Positions 1 through 7,787 of a stretch of 20,544 nucleotides of DNA are shown one piece after another (positions within the stretch are counted from its first letter, which is position 1; every line of letters starts with the position of its first letter). A program made the position numbers and the translations under genes. This DNA is from Pseudomonadota bacterium (GTDB taxonomy: Bacteria > Bdellovibrionota > FAC87 > UBA2466): contig JAYSWN010000176.1 of NCBI GenBank assembly GCA_043718025.1, positions 1-20,544 on the forward strand. Direction: 5' to 3'. Under the pieces are notes generated by a model, which had not been told where the DNA came from, searched no databases, and worked only from the letters and a program-made list of their open reading frames with translations.

Positions 1-340
1 ACCCGAAAACTATATTGAGTGCGTAATGAAGCCAGGTTCGGTTTTGTTCGTACCGCGCGGGTACTGGCATGAGACGCTGGCCGAAGAAGACTCTCTGTCC
101 CTCAACTTTACGTTCGGCCAACCCACCTGGGCGGATATATTAACGCTTACCTTACGCGAACACCTGCACCAATCGGCAGCGTGGCGTGAGTTGGCGGACG
201 GCGTAGAAAGTGATGACCCAACTCGCCGAACGGCGGCCGTGGCTCACCTACAAAATAGGATGAAAATATTAAGCAAGGAGTGGGCGGCCATCTCCGCTGA
301 GCAGCTGTTAACCGAAGCTGGTTTCAAACCGGCCAGTTAA
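1..340 (+). CDS. JmjC/cupin-4-type Fe(II)/2-oxoglutarate oxygenase, C-terminal part (5'-truncated)
   Basis: Frame is open from the window edge (PENYIECV-MKPG...). The motif PGSVLFVPRGYWH-x-T...SLSLNF matches the C-terminal half of JmjC/cupin_4 domains, including the distal metal-binding His. Confidence 0.8.
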   Translation, partial: PENYIECVMKPGSVLFVPRGYWHETLAEEDSLSLNFTFGQPTWADILTLTLREHLHQSAAWRELADGVESDDPTRRTAAVAHLQNRMKILSKEWAAISAEQLLTEAGFKPAS

Positions 341-614
341 ATTGCAGGGTGCGCCCTTTGCCATTTTTAGCCAGCCATGTTTTGACCCGCTCGGTGATCA
401 ACGTGCGCTGTTCATCGGCAATCACTTCACTTTTGTGAGAGTTCCAGCGCCAGGCTACCAGTTCAAAGTCCCAAAAATTTTGGCTCGTGGTGTGAATAAA
501 GTCCAGCTCGTGGTCACCCTCACGGTAAATCAGAGTCTCTTTTCCCACGAAACGTAGCGACCAGCGCCGATCGGTACCAAGAGCGTTCCACCATTTTTTT
601 ATGACTTGAATCAT
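324..614 (-). CDS. Small hypothetical protein, Imm74-like immunity protein candidate
   Basis: 96 aa ORF converging on the JmjC gene with a 17-nt overlap. The pattern G-x-ETLIYREG...W...I-x3-R-x2-I-x3-V-x2-WL-x3-G resembles the Imm74 family as I recall it. Confidence 0.5.
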   Translation of the reverse strand: MIQVIKKWWNALGTDRRWSLRFVGKETLIYREGDHELDFIHTTSQNFWDFELVAWRWNSHKSEVIADEQRTLITERVKTWLAKNGKGRTLQFNWPV

Positions 615-753
615 CTTTTTGACGACCTATGAAAAAGGACAAGCTGGGCGATAACTCCGCTAGCAGACGACTATAACAGAAATCACAGGCCCACGCGATC
701 TGCCTATTTTATTTTGCTTTGGCCGCTGCCGCCGGCGGCAGAATGGGGAAGGT

Positions 754-2472
754 TTACCCCATCGGCAGTTTTTGAATTTGAGCGAGCTTCAACGTCAGCT
801 CGAGGCGTTTTAACTCAAGTTCACGTTTAATGACCTCGTACTTCAGAATATCGAGCCGCTCTAGCGTGGTTAACTCTAGAAAAGCATCGGCCTCGGCAAT
901 CTTTTCATCGAAGTAGTGGTTCATTGAAGCGCTTAGCGTACGAATGCTCGCCTCTACGTCTTGCCCGCTTACGCTCCGCTCGTGGAGCAGGGGAATCTTG
1001 AGCGTTTCCCACAATCGAATTTGTTTGTCGGCATTCACGTTGGCCACGTACTCAGCCCTAAAATCAGCGAGAACCTGTTTGGTGACGGCGTCATGGAACT
1101 GCAGTGACTCAGAATCGTAGACGGCATCGATGTACAGCCGGTTGACTTGGTTAAACACCACGAGGTCGATGAACACTTTAGACTCAAGCACATTGATATA
1201 GGAATTGCGCAACAGATGGGGGTGGCTCTCTTCTTCAACCGTAATCTGATAGATCGGGCCCACCCACTTAGCGCCCAGACTCTTACGGGCCGCGAAGTAG
1301 AGAGAGAGCTGCGAGGGCGATGCATCGATGGCTCGATAGGCTATAAAATCGCCAGGTCCGGAAATTTGGAGCGACGTATTTTCTTGCAGCGCACGTACCC
1401 CCATGGTGGCGCAGTCGTTTACCATCGTGGCGTTGGGATACTGTTTACCAACTTGCATCTCAAAGTAGCGCTGTAGCTTTTTTACTTCGGCTTCGGTTAG
1501 ATTCAAAGTCACCGCTTGCAGAGACTGCGGCAGCTTGTCTAGACCCAGCGTTTTTATTATCGCCTCGCCAAGCGCACCGCCAAATTGCCTTACGGTGGCG
1601 GAGCTGCCGCGTGGAATTTCATGGTCATCAATCGGCTCTGGCTCGCCCCGACGGATTCTTTCGGCTTCGACCAGTTTTCGAATCTGCCGATTGCGCAGGT
1701 ACTCGTTCACTGTGCTTCGGCTTAAATGCGTTTGCCCGTAGCTATAAACTCGATCGCCAATCTGAATCGCCGCGTGGGGAAACGGAACCAGGTCGTTTAG
1801 AATTCTAACTTGATTGGGGGCTAAGGCGTATTGCGGCTGGCTTAAGTACTGATCGACGTTGGGCGTGCCCCCCTCTATTTGCTGATGCATTAGATTTAAC
1901 GCGAGAATAAGGGTGGCGATACGCGCGGTTTCTAAAGTGCGGCCAAAGCCTTTTCGAATGGCCGTCCAATAGGGATGGCGCGCCATAAACGCCTTTTTTG
2001 TTTCGAAGTTTTTTCGCGCACTATAGCGATCAAGAATGGCCCACTCTTCGTCGGTGGGGGTGTAATCACGATTGCGCCACAATTTTTTAAATATGGAAAA
2101 AGTGGGAGTGTTGGCGCGGGGTAACCACAGCGGGGACAAGAACCTAATTACCGGATGAAACCAATCTTGGTACAGACGCAGCGGTTTTTTGCCCCAGTTT
2201 GGCTCTTGGCTAACGTGATTCCATAATCGAGGCTGCGCTTGAAGAAAGCCGTGAATGGATTGTAAACTTTGCCAGCCAATTCCAAACACGCGGCGAGTGC
2301 GCGGAAAGTATTTTGCCGACGTCGCTAATTCATTGAGCTCTTGTCCGCAGCTGCCCCCCGCCGCAACTTTGGCTAGCTCACCGGATGGTAAATCAGCCGC
2401 CGTCAGAAATGAGGAAGACCCTAGCAACCACAGCGCAAAGAAAACGCCTATATGTCGACGTAGAGAGCCCAC
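754..2472 (-). CDS. Secreted/membrane-associated protein with a permuted papain-like (NlpC/P60 superfamily, PPPDE/LRAT-type) catalytic domain
   Basis: 572 aa with an N-terminal signal peptide (RRHIGVFFALWLL...LTA-A). His motif FPHAAIQIGDRVYSYG precedes Cys motif Y-x6-NDCATM. The C-terminus is helical/coiled-coil-like. Confidence 0.65.
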   Translation of the reverse strand: MGSLRRHIGVFFALWLLGSSSFLTAADLPSGELAKVAAGGSCGQELNELATSAKYFPRTRRVFGIGWQSLQSIHGFLQAQPRLWNHVSQEPNWGKKPLRLYQDWFHPVIRFLSPLWLPRANTPTFSIFKKLWRNRDYTPTDEEWAILDRYSARKNFETKKAFMARHPYWTAIRKGFGRTLETARIATLILALNLMHQQIEGGTPNVDQYLSQPQYALAPNQVRILNDLVPFPHAAIQIGDRVYSYGQTHLSRSTVNEYLRNRQIRKLVEAERIRRGEPEPIDDHEIPRGSSATVRQFGGALGEAIIKTLGLDKLPQSLQAVTLNLTEAEVKKLQRYFEMQVGKQYPNATMVNDCATMGVRALQENTSLQISGPGDFIAYRAIDASPSQLSLYFAARKSLGAKWVGPIYQITVEEESHPHLLRNSYINVLESKVFIDLVVFNQVNRLYIDAVYDSESLQFHDAVTKQVLADFRAEYVANVNADKQIRLWETLKIPLLHERSVSGQDVEASIRTLSASMNHYFDEKIAEADAFLELTTLERLDILKYEVIKRELELKRLELTLKLAQIQKLPMG

Positions 2473-2473
2473 C

Positions 2474-2500
2474 TAATCCTGACGGCCAAATGGCCGATAA
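2474..2500 (+). promoter_or_regulatory. sigma28 (FliA)-like promoter motif overlapping a hairpin
   Basis: TAAT (2474-2477)-N15-GCCGATAA (2493-2500) versus consensus TAAA-N15-GCCGATAA. It points antisense to the next gene and overlaps the inverted repeat CGGCCA-AA-TGGCCG. Confidence 0.3.
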
Positions 2501-2513
2501 ATTCGAGTAACGA

Positions 2514-3602
2514 CTAGTATTGAACTAGGTTTTCGTGAATCCGTTTCACCACGCGCTTGGAATTGCCGAGCATCTGACGGGCCTCTTTTTCGCTTTTTAC
2601 CGCCAATTTTTCCGATTCGATCATGGCCTCAAGCAGAGCTTGAGTGGCGAGAATTACGGTGACCGCCCGGCCCAATCGGGCTTGTTCGCCTTCATCCACC
2701 TTTACCGCGGTACTCGCCGCAACGATTTGGCGGAGCAAGTCGGCGGCCGCCACTTGTTCTTTGCTTAAGATCTGCTTTTTGGCGAGCACTTCAACCAGAT
2801 CAACGTTGTACACGGCGTCTTTACGAAATTTATTAGCTACGGCACTTTCGACGATGGCAGCCTGCAGGGCATCTTTTACCGCCACCACTTCAACCGGCTT
2901 CAGCGAAAAGACGTAAGATAGCTCTTCCACTTTTTCATCGATCTGTTTGCTTAACTGAGCATTGTAGCCAAACAGGTTGCGGGCTGACTCGTATTTCATG
3001 GCGTCGGCCGATCCGTTAAAGATGAGGTACGATGAGCCGGCCAGCGAACCTACTCCCCCCAGGGTCGCTAGTGAATAGCCTATACCGCGATTGGAAGAGA
3101 TCCGAAGTATGGGCATGAGCAAATTGTCGTAAACTTTTGCAGAGGATTCAACCGACTGTTTAATTAGGTACTCAAGACCGATGGCTCGCGACCCCTCCGC
3201 AGCCAAACGCCCGACTTCTTGAAAGGACTGGGCGGCGTATGCCAACAGCTTATTTACCCACTCCATCACGCTGCGAAACTCTTTGAGCGAACTTTGAAAG
3301 GTCCATAAAGTTCCCACCGCCACCGCGCCCCCCGGAAGCGAGAAGCCAATGGTTTTTGCGGCGGAGTTGTAACGTTCTTGGATATCGCGCGGTATTTCCA
3401 CCATCTCGCCCAAGCTTGATGACAGCACCACCGAGTAAAGCAAAAGCTTGGCGGCCTCGCGCTCCGCCGGAGTTAAAGAAGCAGCCACACTTTTGGCTAC
3501 GGCATCGGCCGTGGGCTGAACTTTTTCTTGAGAATAGACTGACGAAGAAAGGGTCATCACGGCGGTAACCATGATGGCCAAAGAAGTAACCTGCTTCAAC
3601 AT
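2514..3602 (-). CDS. Secreted helical hypothetical protein
   Basis: Long ORF. The likely start is ATG at 3602 (MLKQVTSLAIMVTAVMTLSSSVYS-Q, signal peptide), preceded by the SD-like AAGGGGG. It is Ala/Leu-rich with two Gly-rich hydrophobic segments. Confidence 0.75.
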   Translation of the reverse strand: MLKQVTSLAIMVTAVMTLSSSVYSQEKVQPTADAVAKSVAASLTPAEREAAKLLLYSVVLSSSLGEMVEIPRDIQERYNSAAKTIGFSLPGGAVAVGTLWTFQSSLKEFRSVMEWVNKLLAYAAQSFQEVGRLAAEGSRAIGLEYLIKQSVESSAKVYDNLLMPILRISSNRGIGYSLATLGGVGSLAGSSYLIFNGSADAMKYESARNLFGYNAQLSKQIDEKVEELSYVFSLKPVEVVAVKDALQAAIVESAVANKFRKDAVYNVDLVEVLAKKQILSKEQVAAADLLRQIVAASTAVKVDEGEQARLGRAVTVILATQALLEAMIESEKLAVKSEKEARQMLGNSKRVVKRIHENLVQY

Positions 3603-3700
3603 GAACGAACCCCCTTGAATAAAGCTAAAACGGAAGTCCAATTTATAGTGGTAAATAACGCGGCCAGCCAATAATTAGGGCAAGCGAGAGATAGGCCGAC

Positions 3701-3716
3701 GCACGCTTTGTGCCAA
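3701..3716 (-). promoter_or_regulatory. sigma54 (RpoN) -24/-12 promoter candidate
   Basis: Minus strand reads TTGGCAC-AAAGC-GTGC, with exact GG-N10-GC spacing. It is intergenic, about 100 nt upstream of the ATG at 3602. Confidence 0.5.
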
Positions 3717-3748
3717 TCAGAACGTGGATTTATGCCGAAGGCGCCAAA

Positions 3749-4270
3749 CTACCTGCATTCGCGCAAGCGAAAGCCAAGTCCGGTGGCGGGTTCGCCCCTG
3801 AGCGCCACATTAAGCTGAGAACCAGTGCGCGATTGAAAAACCGACTGCGTGTCCACCTGCTCGACTTCAATTCCAAAATTGTCGGGCAGAGTGATGGTGG
3901 TGGAGCTGCCGTCGAGCAGAGTGAGCTCGGCCGACACCTTCGAAATACCGGTACTGCACGCCACCAAAGTGACGTGCGCGGTGGCGGTGGCCTTGGTCAA
4001 ACAAAGCGTTGCCGCGAATTGGAATTTGGCCCGCTTCGCCAATTTGCCATCCATCTTTAACCCCATGTCTGGAACGATCTCTGGCACGGGAGAGAAGCGC
4101 TGCAGTTCAAAAGCAATCAGCTCATTTCCCACTCGGTTCACCTTAAGGTCTTGCGTGACGTAACCGCCACCACCGCTATGGCAGTCGAGAATTTTTTCGG
4201 CCGGCGTTTGCCCCGCCGAAATAGTGAATGCGCAAAGAAGAGTGGCGAATGAGATTTTTAGAATTTTCAT
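3749..4270 (-). CDS. Secreted hypothetical protein (beta-rich, Cys-containing)
   Basis: Start ATG at 4270 after SD GGGGGA. Signal peptide MKILKISFATLLCAFTISA-G. Four Cys in the mature part, and the protein ends in RECR. Confidence 0.75.
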   Translation of the reverse strand: MKILKISFATLLCAFTISAGQTPAEKILDCHSGGGGYVTQDLKVNRVGNELIAFELQRFSPVPEIVPDMGLKMDGKLAKRAKFQFAATLCLTKATATAHVTLVACSTGISKVSAELTLLDGSSTTITLPDNFGIEVEQVDTQSVFQSRTGSQLNVALRGEPATGLGFRLRECR

Positions 4271-4373
4271 GAAGTCCCCCATCGGCCGGTTGTCTCAAAA
4301 AATCGCGACGTAGACCAATGAATAAATCAGATAGCCTTCATAAGATTTTTCTATAGGGGCCGAAGTGGCCCTT

Positions 4374-5093
4374 TTAATCGGCGAGCGCTTTTTTAACCGC
4401 GACCCAACTGCGGGGATCAATAAGGTAACTAAAATGAGTAAAGGGGCTCATGTCGATTTGCTTGGTGCCCTCCGCCGCGGCGCCTTCGGGAGGGGCAACG
4501 ATGAGATCATTTTTGCTCCAGAACGAAATGCCGCGCACGCCTTCGGGCCAAGGGTACTGTTTTACTCGTTGCATGGTTTCGCTATCGGGCCTAAGCGATC
4601 GGCCGAGCATGCTGCCAACGTAACGGGCTTGCGTGGTGCCCTGATGCGGAGTGCCCATGGTGACCAGAGTGTGCACCAGCCCTTTTAGGCCGTGCTCGGC
4701 AATGGCCATTCGCGAAATAATTCCGCCGAGACTATAACCAACCAAATCGACCTGCTCGGCGCGATTCACCTTAAGAACTCGTTGAGTATAACTGGCTAAA
4801 CGTTTGCTCATCTCTTCCATCGAGGTTTTATCGCGCAGATCAATGCGGTAAATTCGGCGGCGGCCATGCGCCCGAAAGTAGAGTTCAAGCGGCAGCAGAT
4901 CGCCACGAGTTCCGCCAAAACCGTGGATTAAAATCAGCGGGCGGTGCCCATCAATTCTGGCGCGTTTTACCGGATTTTTTTTGCCCGAGAACAGCGAGTA
5001 GGTGAGCAGCGGCAGATGCAGTAAATGCCGGTAAACATCGCTATCTACGACTTTGAAAAACGAAGAGGTTTTGTTTATCAAAATGCTGCCCAT
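4374..5093 (-). CDS. Alpha/beta-fold lipase/esterase (PGAP1/lipase_2-like)
   Basis: Oxyanion motif LIHGFGG, nucleophile elbow GYSLG, GTPHQGT motif, acid NDLIV and His FTHF. SD GGAGG lies upstream. Confidence 0.9.
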   Translation of the reverse strand: MGSILINKTSSFFKVVDSDVYRHLLHLPLLTYSLFSGKKNPVKRARIDGHRPLILIHGFGGTRGDLLPLELYFRAHGRRRIYRIDLRDKTSMEEMSKRLASYTQRVLKVNRAEQVDLVGYSLGGIISRMAIAEHGLKGLVHTLVTMGTPHQGTTQARYVGSMLGRSLRPDSETMQRVKQYPWPEGVRGISFWSKNDLIVAPPEGAAAEGTKQIDMSPFTHFSYLIDPRSWVAVKKALAD

Positions 5094-5211
5094 AAGGCCT
5101 CCGAATAAGGATCGTGGTTCAGTTTTGGGAGCGTGTCACGGTTTAGTTCCAAAGGCGGTGTTTAACCGTTCAATACTAGATAACCTGTCGACAGTCCTTT
5201 AGTCACCGTAA

Positions 5212-5370
5212 GCTCATGATATTACGCAGATCGATGGCACGCCCACCGAAGACATGTGGCGTTTCGAGCGCGGCCAAACCACGGATCCCGACGGCTCGGT
5301 TGAAACAAAGGTACGGGCCGCGGACAAGCCGCTTCCCCAAAACTTTTTTGAAGAGATAGAAAAAATTTAG
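5212..5370 (+). pseudogene. Unannotated short protein-like reading frame (gene remnant, or a 38-aa ORF from ATG 5254)
   Basis: Open frame AHDITQIDGTPTEDMWRFERGQTTDPDGSVETKVRAADKPLPQNFFEEIEKI* has a protein-like composition. Its stop abuts the convergent stop at 5373. In-frame stops at 5200 and 5209 lie upstream. Confidence 0.3.
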
Positions 5371-5372
5371 GG

Positions 5373-7103
5373 CTAACGAAACAGAGTAAAGTGATCAAAC
5401 GACATCGACTCAAGACGCGGGCCCAACCCGGTGGCATTGCGCGAAAGAAAAGAGTCTAATTTAGAGTTGGGGCAAATAATGTATTCCCGCTTTCCCAAAG
5501 CCCGCACCCGCGCTTTAAATTTACTCTCTGATTCCCACCACTTTAAATTCGCACCATATTCTCTTTCAATTTTCTTCGAGAGCAGAAAGCCCAGAGAGTA
5601 ATGATTGCGGATGAAGACCGGGGCCGAGGCGCCAAGCTCATACAATTCGACGTCATAAGGAAGCAAGACGATATCGAGCGGTTGTTTTTTTAACCAATCG
5701 ACGAGATCTTTCTCCCCTTGCCCAAGTTGCGCGTGTTGGTCGCTAATGGACAATCGGAAAACAAAGAGGTTGATCAGGGTTGGAGCAGTAACCACGAAAC
5801 AGAACACGATGACCAGACCCAGATGCCGTTTGATAAGAAAGTTGCTTTTCGCTCTAACCGGCGAAACCAGCAGCAAACAGGCTGAAATCATGCTCATCAA
5901 ACAAAATTTATGGTTATTGTCCCAAGAACCAATCCCCTCGGCCCAAAAGAAAAACGGGAAAAGAAAGCTGACCAAAAAAAAGCAGGACAAAAAAAGGTCC
6001 GTTTTTTCTGACGATCTCAAATTGAAAATCGCGACCAATAAACCTGGCCAGACCACCGGCCCGCACAATCGCAAGTATTCACCAATGGAGCTTAGGTAAG
6101 TCGGTAGAAGAAACCGAAACGAAAGCTGTAAAACCTCGTAAGGTTCGCCCCGCAGGAAAACGCTAGGAACAAAACGCGGAAGATAGAGCACGCCTAAAGC
6201 CAACGGGATGACAATCCCTGCCCGAACCCCTAATTGCCGAACCGCCGCTCGACTGCAGCTTTTGCGAAGCTCGCGCACAAAGTACTCGGCCGAAACAAAA
6301 CCGGTCGCGCAAAAAAGCAACAAATAAAGGGTCGCGCTGACGGTACTCGAAATCAGAATTAGCAGGGCCAACGCCAATACGTTCTGCATCGTAAAAGTCC
6401 AATCACGCAAAAACAACAGCACGAGAAAAAGTAGGGGGACCGCCAGCGCTGTGGAGCTGGAAGCAAGGTATTCGAAAACCGTAAGGTAGTTGTGCCAATC
6501 GTGACTAAATGAGTGCCGATACGTCCAGCCCGGAGCAAAGCTCGCGGAAAACAAGAACAGCAGGGTCAACCGCGAAGTGTCTCTCATCCCCCTTCCGCAC
6601 GAAAGGCAAAACAACTGGAAGAGAATTACCGAGAGGCCGAAACAGAATAGGTAGGTAACTCGCATCGCCGATTCCGGCGGCAAAAGACCAAGGTAGGAGA
6701 CTATCCCGGAAACGAAAACGAAACCCTGATGGTAGTTCGCCGGAAACTCAGGAAAGCTCATGAAAGAAACCGGAAACCGTCCCGAAGCAACCTGTTGAGT
6801 CATGTTGAGAAGTCCGGCCGGATATAAAACATCAAAAAGGTGCCAATTGAGACGGTAGTAAAACACGACGGTGGTGAGCACTAAGCTCATCCCAAACGCA
6901 AAAATCTGGTATCGAGTCGTCGTAATCGAAAAAGTCCGCCGTCTAAATAGAAAATGGCACAGCGCTAGGGCAAAAAATAAGGATAGGCATAAGAGGAGCG
7001 AGAAACTTAAACCGGCCCTCGCCAGTGCCGAGGCAACAAACTGGAAAACCAACAAAACTGTGATGGCATAGAGGCAACCGCGAAGTTCGTAGGTTTGAGG
7101 CAT
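5373..7103 (-). CDS. Polytopic inner-membrane protein, GT-C-like glycosyltransferase candidate
   Basis: 576 aa with roughly a dozen hydrophobic Phe/Leu-rich segments. A loop carries D and a P-x-x-YH-x-GF motif after the N-terminal helices. It ends in a soluble C-terminal domain. Confidence 0.6.
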   Translation of the reverse strand: MPQTYELRGCLYAITVLLVFQFVASALARAGLSFSLLLCLSLFFALALCHFLFRRRTFSITTTRYQIFAFGMSLVLTTVVFYYRLNWHLFDVLYPAGLLNMTQQVASGRFPVSFMSFPEFPANYHQGFVFVSGIVSYLGLLPPESAMRVTYLFCFGLSVILFQLFCLSCGRGMRDTSRLTLLFLFSASFAPGWTYRHSFSHDWHNYLTVFEYLASSSTALAVPLLFLVLLFLRDWTFTMQNVLALALLILISSTVSATLYLLLFCATGFVSAEYFVRELRKSCSRAAVRQLGVRAGIVIPLALGVLYLPRFVPSVFLRGEPYEVLQLSFRFLLPTYLSSIGEYLRLCGPVVWPGLLVAIFNLRSSEKTDLFLSCFFLVSFLFPFFFWAEGIGSWDNNHKFCLMSMISACLLLVSPVRAKSNFLIKRHLGLVIVFCFVVTAPTLINLFVFRLSISDQHAQLGQGEKDLVDWLKKQPLDIVLLPYDVELYELGASAPVFIRNHYSLGFLLSKKIEREYGANLKWWESESKFKARVRALGKREYIICPNSKLDSFLSRNATGLGPRLESMSFDHFTLFR

Positions 7104-7339
7104 ACGCGCAATATTATAGCCCGTCTCAGCGAGCCTTCACCTCAATCATCGAAGTACAGGGTTTTATTCAAAAAGCGACCAAGTCTTGACCAATGTAGGG
7201 CGCATCGCGGCCACCGGGTGTCATCAGGGACCGATTTGGGCCCAAGCATAGGCGGTCCGATACTCGCACCAGCTCACCACGACGCCGCGGTGGCGCGGGG
7301 TCGCTACGTGAAAGCGGAGCCAAACACCTTAGGAGCACT

Positions 7340-7750
7340 ATGCTTTCTCGTATTAATTTTTTATTTTTGTTCGCGCTTTTCGCGGTTCCCGCGTTTGCCG
7401 AAATGCCGCAGGGATACCCCGGCGGAATGGGACAACCCCAAGGTTACGGCCAGCCTGGAATTTCTCAACTACCGGCCGGCGGTTACGGTCAGCCTGGAAT
7501 CTCGCAATTGCCTCAAGGCGGCTATGGACAAGGCGTTAATCCCGGCTACGGCATGCCTCAGTACGGTGGATTCCACGGGCCTCAAGGTGGCGCGCCATGC
7601 GGTCAACAGCGGCCCATGTGCGGTGGCCAACCACAGCGTTGCTGCCGTCGCTCGTGCCAGTCGGGCGGGCGCGGTTGTGGTCAACCAAACCGAGGGTTTG
7701 CCAGCTTCTCGTTAGCCCTCAGTTTTGGTGGCGGCGGAATGATGTACTAA
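7340..7750 (+). CDS. Secreted Gly/Gln/Pro/Tyr-rich repeat protein with a six-Cys module
   Basis: SD AGGAG at 7331-7335. Signal peptide ends AVPAFA-E. It carries GYGQPG repeats and C-X6-C-X6-CC-X3-C-X6-C, and a terminator follows. Confidence 0.85.
   Translation: MLSRINFLFLFALFAVPAFAEMPQGYPGGMGQPQGYGQPGISQLPAGGYGQPGISQLPQGGYGQGVNPGYGMPQYGGFHGPQGGAPCGQQRPMCGGQPQRCCRRSCQSGGRGCGQPNRGFASFSLALSFGGGGMMY
7442..7531 (+). repeat. 39-bp coding tandem repeat (2 full copies plus a partial)
   Basis: ggttacggccagcctggaatttctcaactaccggccggc and ggttacggtcagcctggaatctcgcaattgcctcaaggc encode GYGQPGISQLP(A/Q)G. Most differences are synonymous, which supports this reading frame. Confidence 0.9.
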
Positions 7751-7787
7751 CTCTTTTGCTTATAGATTCAGTTTTTAAGAAAAGTTG

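Noticed and set aside
726..741. Perfect 16-bp GC palindrome CTGCCGCCGGCGGCAG as a terminator or REP element
   Set aside because: No U-tract follows on either strand, and I saw no second copy in the window.
3603..3671. N-terminal extension of the 385-aa ORF
   Set aside because: ATG 3602 has an SD-like sequence and starts a clean signal peptide, so the TTG extension is unnecessary.
4374..5093. Esterase as the signal-degrading enzyme of the methyl-ester module
   Set aside because: It is about 10 kb away with unrelated genes in between, and nothing in the sequence links them.
7225..7280. Superficial resemblance to a c-di-AMP (ydaO) riboswitch (GGGACC..TTTGGG..CAGCT)
   Set aside because: It lacks the conserved GC(C/T)GAATCC start and the CCCG pairing elements. 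Kept only as an unclassified structured leader.
7095..7715. 206-aa + ORF overlapping the repeat protein
   Set aside because: Alternative frame. The 7340-7750 frame has the SD, the signal peptide and synonymous repeat divergence.
7340..7750. RiPP precursor interpretation of the Cys/Gly-rich protein
   Set aside because: It has a Sec signal peptide and its own terminator, and no RiPP maturase or transporter is nearby.
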